From NCBI GenBank assembly GCA_963796285.1, contig CAWCKW010000012.1, forward strand, positions 1,216,001 through 1,280,000: a DNA stretch of 64,000 nt, written 5' to 3'. Of this stretch, positions 52,552-62,030 are shown piece after piece. The translations under genes were made by a program, and so were the position numbers. Origin of the DNA: Nitrospirota bacterium. GTDB taxonomy: Bacteria; Nitrospirota; UBA9217. Each line of letters starts with the position of its first letter. Position 1 is the first letter of the stretch. Under the pieces are notes generated by a model, which was not told where the DNA came from, searched no databases, and saw only the letters and a program-made list of their open reading frames with translations.

Positions 52552-53419
52552 ATGTCATCCTTGAAATCATATCTCACACTCTTCCGGGCCACGATTTCCA
52601 TTTTCGCTGCCGCTTCCGCGGCAACGGGGTATTTCCTTGCCCCTCATCGCCAGATCACCGGTGTCTTCCCTGTCGCTGGTGCGGTCTTTCTCCTTGCCTG
52701 CGGCGCGTCAGCCTTGAACCAGTACCAGGAGCGGTACATCGACGCGAGGATGGAGCGCACCCGCACACGGCCCCTCCCGTCCGGAAGCATCACAGCGTCT
52801 CACGCGTTGTCGCTGTCGTGCGCGCTGGTCCTCGCGGGGCTGGCCTTGCTTGCCTATGCGTGCGGCACGAAGGCGGCGCTCCTGGGGCTCTTCGCGCTCC
52901 TCTGGTATAACGGAATCTATACGCATCTGAAAAAGAGGACGGCGTTCGCGGCTGTTCCCGGTGCGGTCGTGGGCATGGTCCCTCCGGCCATCGGCTGGGT
53001 GTCAGCGGGCGGAGCCCTGCTCGACCCCCGGCTCGCGGCGATATGCTTTCTCTTTTTCCTGTGGCAGGTCCCGCATTTCTGGCTCCTGCTCCTGATCCAC
53101 GGGGAAGAATATGAACAGGCCGGCCTTCCGTCACTTACCGGGGTGATGAGCAAAGCCGCAGATCGCAAGGGTGACCTTTATCTGGATCGTTGCCGCGGCG
53201 ATCGCGAGCTTCGCACTTCCCTTCTATGGAATTCTGCAATCACCGGGGTTTTATTTTTTGCTGATTCCTTGCGCGGGTTGGCTTATCTGGAACGGAAGGG
53301 TACTAGTACTAATGGAGAACGGACCGGAGATATCTCTTTCTCCCGCCCTTTTCAAGAAGATAAATATTTACCTGTTGTTCATCATGTCACTGCTGTCTCT
53401 GGAAAACATTCTTTCATAG
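52552..53419 (+). CDS. ctaB: Protoheme IX farnesyltransferase (heme O synthase; frameshift near 53160)
   Basis: ALNQYQERYIDARMERTRTRPLPSG, YTHLKKRT and WQVPHFW. Confidence 0.9.
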
Positions 53420-53422
53420 CCC

Positions 53423-53824
53423 ATGACCGAGAAACGCACGATCATCGCGGAACAACTCAAACAGCTCCTGATCGGGTCTTCGCCAATGATCGAGGAATAT
53501 ACTGCTGCGATCTGCCCCGGCTGTACGGATGTTTGCTGCAGGCAGAAGCACGGCACATTCCGGGAAAACGACATCCGGTACCTGCGAGCGCTCGGCATCG
53601 ACGTGCCGCCGCGCGATCGGGAAAGGCCGCCCGACGGACCCTGTGAATTGATGGGACCGCAAGGCTGCGGTCAACCGCGCTGGCTGCGTCCGTTCAAATG
53701 CACCTGGTATTTCTGCGGACCCCTTCTCAAGGCACTGAGTGAAAGCCCTCCGCGAAAGGCACGGCGAATGTCGGCCATGCTGCAGGAGATGGCGGACCTG
53801 TATGGTGAACTGGCGAAAGAATAA
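53423..53824 (+). CDS. Cys-cluster hypothetical protein (CxxCxxxCC, YkgJ-like)
   Basis: CPGCTDVCC, CELMGPQGC and RPFKCTWYFC. Confidence 0.7.
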   Translation: MTEKRTIIAEQLKQLLIGSSPMIEEYTAAICPGCTDVCCRQKHGTFRENDIRYLRALGIDVPPRDRERPPDGPCELMGPQGCGQPRWLRPFKCTWYFCGPLLKALSESPPRKARRMSAMLQEMADLYGELAKE

Positions 53825-53989
53825 CTGTAGGCGGGGTGCGGATGACTATCTCCTGTCAATGTGGGGCATGCCTTGGATCCGTTTGAACTTTCGCATTTCT
53901 TCGTCAACGCTCTAACCCCCTCAATGTTCTCTTGACATCACTCAGAAATTATCCTATGTTCATGGCAGAGTTTTATCCGGAGGACTTGA

Positions 53990-54466
53990 TTGATGAGACA
54001 GTTCCTGTTCTGCTTCGTAGTTGCTCTCGGCCTTATCGCCGGCTCTGCACGTGCCGGTGAGGTTCGGGAGATCGAACTGAAAGACGGCAGCATCATCACC
54101 GGTGAGGTCGTTTCCCTGAACAATGGAATTTACACCATCAAATCCGGCACGCTCGGGTCCTTGAAGGTTGAAGAATCCAAGGTGAATGTCATCCGGCCGA
54201 AATCACCTCCTCGAGGCCCCGGCGCTGCACAGAACAACACCGGCAGCGAGGCAACATCTCTCCAGCACAATTTGATGAGCGATCAGGAGATCATGGGGAT
54301 GATCCTGTCCCTGCAGAACGACCCTGATTTTAAGAAGCTCCTGGAGGACCCGGAAGCCATGAAAGCGGTCAGTGAGGGCAACATCGCGGCGCTCACGGCC
54401 AATCCAAAGTTCATGAAACTGCTGGGCAATCCCACGGTGCAGGAGATCCAGAAAAAGGTCAAGTAA
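53990..54466 (+). CDS. Exported hypothetical protein
   Basis: Signal peptide (ARA), IELKDGSIITGEV, and a helical DP/NP-rich C-terminus. Confidence 0.7.
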   Translation: MMRQFLFCFVVALGLIAGSARAGEVREIELKDGSIITGEVVSLNNGIYTIKSGTLGSLKVEESKVNVIRPKSPPRGPGAAQNNTGSEATSLQHNLMSDQEIMGMILSLQNDPDFKKLLEDPEAMKAVSEGNIAALTANPKFMKLLGNPTVQEIQKKVK

Positions 54467-54649
54467 CGTCGCGGTCAAACCTCCGGGGCATTTACCCGGT
54501 CATCCTTCCGCCTTCAGTGCCTATCACCCCAAAATGTCATCCTGACCTAATTATCGCACCCATTCGTAGGGCGTAAAATTTACAATAACATGATTGACAT
54601 CCCCCGGTATTACAGGTAGTATCGTCGGAAAATCCTGAAGGGAAACGCT

Positions 54650-55678
54650 ATGACCATAACCTATAAAGATGCGGGCGTTGATATCGATGCCGGCGACCTC
54701 TTCGTCGAGAAGATAAAACCATTTGTAAAATCCACGTTCAGGCCCGAGGTCATGACGCACATCGGCGGGTTCGGCGGGCTCTTTGCCCTCAAAAAGTATA
54801 AGGCGCCGGTCCTCGTATCTGGCACCGATGGCGTGGGCACCAAGCTCAAGATCGCCTTCCTCACGAACCGGCACGATACGGTGGGGATCGACCTCGTTGC
54901 CATGTGCGTGAACGATATCATCGTACAGGGCGCTGAACCGCTCTTCTTCCTCGACTACTTTGCCACGGGCAGGCTCAAGCCGCAGGAACATGCCGACATC
55001 GTTAAGGGCATCGCGGAAGGCTGCAAACAGTCCGGCTGCGCGCTCATCGGCGGCGAGACCGCGGAAATGCCGTCATTCTACGCCGAGAACGAGTACGACC
55101 TCGCGGGTTTCGCGGTGGGTGTCGTGGAAAAGAAAAAGATCATCAACGGATCAAAGATCAAGCCGGGCAACACGCTCATCGGCCTCGCCTCTTCGGGGCT
55201 CCACAGCAACGGCTTTTCACTCGTGCGCAAGGCGCTGCTCGAAAAGGCCGGCTACGGCATGGACGACACCCTGTCCGAACTGGGCAACAGGCCCTTGGGC
55301 GAGGTGCTGCTCACGCCCACGAGGATCTACGCCAGATCAGTGATGGCGCTGATGAAGGACTTCGACATCCTGGGCATGGCGCACATCACCGGCGGCGGCA
55401 TCACCGAAAACATACCGCGCATGCTCCCGAAAGGAATGCAGGCCCTCATCCGGAAAGGGACCTGGGACATTCATCCCATATTCCCCCTTGTCAAAAAGAA
55501 GGCGGGCGTGAACGACGACGAGATGTACCGCGACTTCAACATGGGCATCGGCATGGTCCTCGCCGTGCCGGCCAAACAGGCGGACGCAATGATCAAGAAA
55601 GCGAACAAACTCGGCGAGAAGGCGTATCTCATCGGAGAGATCGTAAAGGGCAAGTCTATAGTGAAATACTCGGAATAA
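54650..55678 (+). CDS. purM: Phosphoribosylformylglycinamidine cyclo-ligase
   Basis: [39 protein letters not shown] and HITGGG. Confidence 0.97.
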   Translation: MTITYKDAGVDIDAGDLFVEKIKPFVKSTFRPEVMTHIGGFGGLFALKKYKAPVLVSGTDGVGTKLKIAFLTNRHDTVGIDLVAMCVNDIIVQGAEPLFFLDYFATGRLKPQEHADIVKGIAEGCKQSGCALIGGETAEMPSFYAENEYDLAGFAVGVVEKKKIINGSKIKPGNTLIGLASSGLHSNGFSLVRKALLEKAGYGMDDTLSELGNRPLGEVLLTPTRIYARSVMALMKDFDILGMAHITGGGITENIPRMLPKGMQALIRKGTWDIHPIFPLVKKKAGVNDDEMYRDFNMGIGMVLAVPAKQADAMIKKANKLGEKAYLIGEIVKGKSIVKYSE

Positions 55679-55800
55679 TAAATTTCAAGGCTCAACATTC
55701 AAATCAAACGACAATTACAAAGGGTCAATTTGACATTGGTTCTTTGAACTTTGCAATTATTTCTCCGTCTCCGCGTCTCAGTGGCAAAAAAGGAAACACC

Positions 55801-56451
55801 ATGAAGAAAGTAAAAATCGCCGTCCTTGTCTCCGGCCGAGGCTCAAACCTCCAGGCCATCATCGACAACATTGAAAAAGGCCTGCTCCCTGCCGAGATCG
55901 CGGTGGTGATCAGCGACCAGCCCGATGCCTATTCCCTCGAGCGCGCACGAAAACACAACATCCCGGCGGTCCCACTCAGCGCCAAGGGCTATCAAGGGAA
56001 ACGGGAAGAATACGATGCCTTGCTGGTCAAGGAACTGCAGAAACACCACGTTGAACTCGTGTGCCTCGCCGGCTTCATGCGCATCATCACACCAACCCTG
56101 ATCAAGGCATTCCCCAACAGGATTTTGAACATTCACCCTGCGCTCCTGCCGGCCTTCCCCGGTCTCCATGTGCAGAAGGCGGCGCTCGAGCACGGCGTGA
56201 AGTTCTCCGGCTGCACCGTGCACTTTGTTGACGAAGGCATGGACACCGGCCCGATCATCATCCAGGCCGTGGTGCCTGTCCTGGACAACGATACCGAAGA
56301 CAGCCTGTCGGAACGCATCCTCACGCAGGAGCATAAGATCTATTCCCGAGCCATCCAGCTCTATGCCGAGGGCAGGCTCAAGATCGAAGGCAGGCGGGTC
56401 ATGGTCGTGAACGGAAAAACCGCAACCGATGAGTTCCTGATAAGCCCGTAG
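55801..56451 (+). CDS. purN: Phosphoribosylglycinamide formyltransferase
   Basis: VSGRGSNLQA, LAGFMRI, NIHPALLP and DTGPII. Confidence 0.97.
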   Translation: MKKVKIAVLVSGRGSNLQAIIDNIEKGLLPAEIAVVISDQPDAYSLERARKHNIPAVPLSAKGYQGKREEYDALLVKELQKHHVELVCLAGFMRIITPTLIKAFPNRILNIHPALLPAFPGLHVQKAALEHGVKFSGCTVHFVDEGMDTGPIIIQAVVPVLDNDTEDSLSERILTQEHKIYSRAIQLYAEGRLKIEGRRVMVVNGKTATDEFLISP

Positions 56452-56494
56452 TAACGCTTCAACCGGTAGCCACATCGATCGTGAAATCAGAAAT

Positions 56495-56530
56495 AAAAAT
56501 AGCCTTGCATATTGCAAGGCTATTTTTTTT
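56495..56530. terminator. Bidirectional Rho-independent terminator
   Basis: aaaaatagccttgca-tat-tgcaaggctatttttttt. Confidence 0.88.
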
Positions 56531-56691
56531 ACTGGCTGATTGTTCTTTGTATCCTCATTGGCACAAAGCAGCCGTCGGGGACATTGTTGCAGAGGATCCT
56601 TATTCTTTCAATAATCCGCAATTTGAAGGTAAAGCAAGAAACGACTTCCTGATATACTGGTTTCTAACGATGAATACAGCGCCTTGGCCAA

Positions 56692-58498
56692 CTACTTCAC
56701 CTGGTCCAGCACACTCCGTACCTGTTTCAAAAGCATGTTCGGTGTAACAGGCTTAAAGACCACCGGCATCTTGCCCTCAAGCAACACCTTCTGTCGGACC
56801 AGGTCAGGGGCGTAACCGCTCTGGAATAGGATCTTGATATCGGGCTGGATCGCCCTGATCTCGTCATAAGCCTCTTTACCGGATTTAGTTGGCATGATAA
56901 TATCGAACAGCAGCAACTTGATCCTGTCCTTGTTCTCCTTATACTTATTTATCGCATCCTGACCATCGACCGCGGCGATCACCGTGTAACCGAACTCTTC
57001 AAGGATTGCCTTGGTCATAGTTCTGACGGTTTCGTCATCTTCAGCGAGCAAAATAGTTTCCGTGCCTCTCCGCGGACTCTCTTCCACCAGTTTCTTCTCC
57101 TCTTCCACACCTGCCGAGATGAGCGGCAGATAGATATTGAAGCTGGTGCCTTGGCCCGGCTCGCTATAGACATTAATGAAACCCTCGTGCTGTTTGACAA
57201 TGCCGTATGCGATCGCAAGCCCCAGTCCGGTGCCCTTTCCTACCTCCTTGGTTGTGTAGAAAGGCTCGAAGATATGCTCCCGCGTGGCCGCATCCATGCC
57301 CTTGCCGGTATCTGATATGGTGATCAATCCATAGATGCCAGGCTTGCCGTAACCGTGGATGGTGATGAACGCTTCATCCATCCGCACCTGCTCCGTGGCA
57401 ATGGTGAAGATACCTCCCGTTGACATTGCGTCACGAGCGTTCGTTGCCAGGTTCATCAGGAGCTGCTCAAGCTGATGGGCATCGCCTAAAATCGGCAATG
57501 CTTTCTCAAAGAGCGATGTTCTGCATTCAACATCCTCTCCAATGACCCGCTTCAGGAATTTATCCACCGTCCGGATGATCTCATTCAGGTCCACGGGTTT
57601 TCGGTCGCTGATTTGTTTTCTGCTGAACAGCAGGAGGCTTTTCGTCAAATGCGCGGCCCGGTTACCTGCCTCGAGCATGTGCTCGATGTTCACGCGCTGG
57701 GGATCGTCCTTTGCCATTTTCATGAGAACAATATGCCCATAGCCGACAATAGCGGCCAGGATGTTGTTGAAATCATGGGCAATGCCGCCGGCAAGGGTGC
57801 CGATCGACTCCATCTTCTGCGCTTGGCGAAGCTGGTCTTCGAGTTTCTGCTGTTCGGTGATGTCGCGGAAGATACCGCGAGGCACTGCTTTCCGCCCAAC
57901 ATCACACGGGGCGGCATTGATGTCCGCATAAAAGACCGACCCATCCTTTCTTAACATCGGAACCTCAGGCGCAAGCGAGATCTCTCCGCGCAGCTGTTTT
58001 TTAAAGCTCTCCCGGATGGCGGGCAGGGCCTCTTTCGGGTGGATATCATCAACACTCAGGCCAACGAGCTCATCGCATGCATAACCCGAGCATGCTGCAC
58101 ATGGCCTTATTTGCATTAATAAGCTTCTGGGTCTCCGCGTCGGCGATCATGATCCCGTCGGTCGCCTGTTCGAATATGGAGCGGAATTTGACTTCGCTTT
58201 CCAGCAGCGCCGCCTCTGCCTTCTCACGCTCGGAAATTTCTCGTTGAAGCTGTTCATTGTATTTTTCTAATTCAATTTTTTTTCTCATAAAATAAAAAAT
58301 AACAGGTGCAACTATCAGAGGGACAAATAACGCATCTATAAAACCGGCCAGCAAAAGTTGCGCCAAATTAGTCTTAATATAGAGCACGTACTGAAGAGTG
58401 TTCAAAAAAGCCGTAAACAATTCAGACGCAACAACAGTAATCCAGATAAAATGCCATGGATTAAAGGTCTTCTTCGTTCCAGGATGGTTATTGCGCAC
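56692..58498 (-). CDS. Hybrid sensor kinase (2 TM, PAS, HisKA, HATPase, REC; frameshifted)
   Basis: QAQKMESIGTLAGGIAHDFNNIL, NLATNARDAM and TILLAEDDE. The TM/PAS N-terminus lies in ORF 58070..58498. Confidence 0.88.
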
Positions 58499-59051
58499 GG
58501 TTGGCCTCTTGTAACGTGAGAACTATTGAAGGGACATTACAGCTGAATTCATTCTATTCGTCCATGACGAGACTGAATTTGATAAACTGACAAACAATGG
58601 ACCTGGGGAGATGTCGATCCTGCCGGGATACAAGTAGTCACATAATCATTTTATCATACATTATAGCTATAAAGACCATTTTATCAAATAAAGCGGCCCT
58701 TATTATAAGGTCTGGCGCCCGGATAGGATAAAGCGGATAAATGGGAAGAGGTTTGGTGGGGGTCGATTCTCGATACAATATGACATACTATCAAATCCGA
58801 GACCCTGGTTCTTATGAATTATCTGTCTCTGGGTTCATCATTGTCATGTCGAGGCTCTTCGTCTACTATTTATCAAAAGGCCGCGAGTGGCGGCTCCATC
58901 AAGTTGAAAGGAGAACGAACATGGCGTACGTGATCGTGCATTTCTTTCCGGCGCAATTTGGAGTAACACAGCGTGGGAAACAACGTTCCTCATCTATCCT
59001 TCTTTCCTCTGCAATCGTCCCTTTCCCGTCAGACTGGCCTGGCCCGCTCTA

Positions 59052-60519
59052 TCAATACGCCCAATAGGGTCCCGTACCGAGGCTCGAAGTTTTCTTCTCA
59101 ATTCCCACGCAAACAGTTCGTCCAAGGAAAAACGGAAGCCCCCAATCGAAAAAGAGTGACTGCGACGGCCCTGTCACCGATCCACCGAGTTCGGAAAATA
59201 CCCTGTTGCCCGAATTAAAAAGGTTCACGGCGTTGCCTATCTCAAATGCAACCGTATTGCTCGGTAAACCTGTAAATCCTTTAGTGGTTGCGGTGAGGCT
59301 CGTTGTGGACGACGGACAGTACCAGCCCGTAAAGGGACCTGTGCATGCCGTAAGAACCGTTGATGGAGCAGGAAAGTATAGTGCATTCGAACCGCTGTCT
59401 ATGAAACTGTGGGTATAGGTGGATCCGTTGAACACCGTGGTGAATTCTCCGAGTGGAGCTGGCGGCATACGTCGTGACTCCGGAAGGCGAATTGTTCGAC
59501 TGGGTGCCGATCCCGAGCACAAGGCTGCCGTTGACCGAGGGCGTCCCTCCTAAAGAAATGCTCGGAAGCTCCAGGATCACACCATTATTGTCAACAGGGA
59601 GCAGGGCTACCGGATTCTGGACTTGATTGGACAGAGGGGCTGTTGTGCTGGTACAGGTCGTTGCACTGCAAACATAATATATCCCGACGTTTGCGTTCGT
59701 TGTGCATGTCGAACCGCAGTCCTGGGCAAAGAGGCTGACGCCCAGAATTCCGTTGAATTTTTTAGTCAGGTCTGTGTCCGGGATTCCGCAAGAGCTGGGA
59801 ACAGTACCGAAGGTTGAATCAATGACCTGAATCGGGAGCTGGACTGCCGGTTCGTTCCCCAGAATGACATCCGCGGTCTGAACCGGACCCCAATCAGACG
59901 AGCCATCGAGGTATTGAATGCATTCCGCGAGCGAGCCTGAACCGCTTGGCACCGGATTCAAAGTGACTGTCGTCAGGAGGGACTTGAATATCCGCAGGCC
60001 GGAGCTTCCGGTATCCAGCAGAATATCGTTGACGATCTGGCAGGTCGAGGTGCCGGGAGAACAGACCGTGACACTCACGCAGGGTTTATTCTGGTACGAG
60101 CCGGCCGAGCAGTTCGAGCCGTTCACGGTGAGGGTAAGCACGTTGTTCCCGGAAGGTGCGCTGTTCACCGTCAGGAGCGTGGAGCCGGACGCCCCTCCCC
60201 ATGTGGCTGTGATCGTCGTTGTCCCCGGGGCGAGCGAAGTCACCAAACCGTTGGAACCTGCCGCATTGCTGATCGTCGCTACGGATTGAGATGAGGAACT
60301 CCAAGACGCCTGCGCCGTCAGATCCTGAATCGTGTTGTCCGAGAAGGTCCCCGTGGCGGTTAACTGTATCGTCGATCCCGCGAAAATGCTCGGATTTGCC
60401 GGCGTCACCGCAATAGAGAGTAGCGTTACGGTGGGGGTACTGGAACTGGAACTTCCGCCACTGCATCCGGTCACGAGTGCAAGGACCAGAACAGATAAAA
60501 GCAGTTTATTTGATTTCAT
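59052..60519 (-). CDS. DUF3443 lipoprotein with an Ig-like (Big_2) domain; pepsin-like (frameshift near 59455)
   Basis: Lipobox VTGC; Big_2 SIAVTPANPSI...QLTATGTFSD; motifs ILLDTGSSGLR, FIDSGSN and FDWGLPFFLGR. Confidence 0.85.
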
Positions 60520-60976
60520 CGATGCTCACTCCTTGTGGGACCAGGCTCGGTGCATAGGCGCGGCCCTGCAGGTTCCGCATATGTCCCCATTTTTCCACGA
60601 TCACCCGGTCCGTTTTCACCTGGAAGTGCCTGCGACCAGGTTGGCGCGAAGCCTGACCCATGGCCTTCTGATATTCATCGGCATAAGGCCCCAAAAGTTG
60701 TGTCAGATCGGGATAGGCCAACCCGTTCCATGCGATGCCGAAGACGATGCCGGCAGACGAAACGTACTCGCGGACTGCGATCGCATCGGATACGATCTCA
60801 TGTACTGAATAGGCCGGGGAGACCGTGGTTGCGCTGCGCACGGTCGACAGGACTTTTCGGTCCGATTCGATCGAATCAACAGACCCGCCGAGGGCGGCCT
60901 GGGCCCGCTCTGCGGTTCCAAGGACGGCCGCAGAAAAGCAAACGCTGAGAAACAGGACAGAGAGTGTTTTTTTCAT
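60506..60976 (-). CDS. DUF2844 exported protein
   Basis: AQAALGG, VREYVSSAGIVFGIAWNG..PDLTQLLG and GHMRNLQGRAY. Confidence 0.88.
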   Translation of the reverse strand: MKKTLSVLFLSVCFSAAVLGTAERAQAALGGSVDSIESDRKVLSTVRSATTVSPAYSVHEIVSDAIAVREYVSSAGIVFGIAWNGLAYPDLTQLLGPYADEYQKAMGQASRQPGRRHFQVKTDRVIVEKWGHMRNLQGRAYAPSLVPQGVSIDEIK

Positions 60977-62030
60977 GGTTGGGGTGTCCTCCTTCGGCTG
61001 GTGAAGCCGCTCGCTGCTGTACCATGGAACGGTTATCATGGATTTTCCTGATTATCCCTCTACGGCGAGGCGGTGTTCGTCTCGACGGAAGCTTAAATAA
61101 AAATACAACTTCCGTATGTAGAGATTCAAGGAGAATCTCACTACGTAGCGAATGGCAACTACAATGACTCTTAAAAGTGACGTTGCGTCACACGTTGCAT
61201 TTTAAATTGCGCGATAATTAATAACGAGATCAGATAAGGTGGTCAAGAACCGGGAGCGTGATGAAATGTCCGGGAAAAACCGTTTTCGTTCTGAGAAGGG
61301 CCTCCCAAGAAAAGAATACTATAAAGATATTTACATGGCAAGGTCTTTTTGATAATTTAGTTTGGATCGAAATAATATTGTGAGGCACATCGAGTTGTGA
61401 AATGTGGAATGGACGTACTGCTTGAAAGAAGGTAAAATTGGCGAGAAGACGATCGAACCCTCGGCACCGCGCATTGCGAATCTAAAAAGGCATTTTGGTG
61501 AAGACATTTCTTTGTTCAGATTTCCATTTTTGCTTTGAGAATCAAACAAGTAGAGGCGTTGCTGTGATTACATCTATTATGCCTGTTATGACTTTTTGAA
61601 TATTTTTAGCACACATTTAGCACATTGTCCCCCGCTCTCGCTGCGGGGCTCATACTACAATAATCAGAATCCATGTTTACAATAATGGTAATCGCCCTTC
61701 TCACGAGCTCTTAGATCGTGGTGCGACCGCTGCTTTGCTTGAACGTGAGTATAAAGAATAATAGCATGCTTCCTGAAGTCGTTGCAGTTACATCTCTTTG
61801 AAATATTTCATGTTACGTTCTGGATTTGCTGGAATACCCCATCGTTACCCTTTCGTAAGCGTTGACATCAGACTGTCTCAGCGTTATCATACAGTCGCAT
61901 CAAATTATCAGGACGGGTTCTGCGCCGCGAGGAGCTACATTTTCAATTCTTATTGAGACCGGAGATAGTGTTTCATCGCGTTTCGGAGTGCGGACGCATG
62001 ATAGATAATAGCTATCTAAAGGAGAATCAC

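Noticed and set aside
54470-54649. ZTP or PRPP riboswitch upstream of purMN
   Set aside because: No consensus elements are found; the region looks like an ordinary promoter.
58741-59067. 108-aa ORF, or an RBS-led fragment MAYVIVHFFP at 58921
   Set aside because: It may be a gene remnant, but I cannot support a family assignment or its boundaries.
61040-62000. ncRNA, att site or pseudogene in the ~1 kb AT-rich gap
   Set aside because: I could not identify a tRNA fragment, a clear repeat or a recognisable protein motif by eye.
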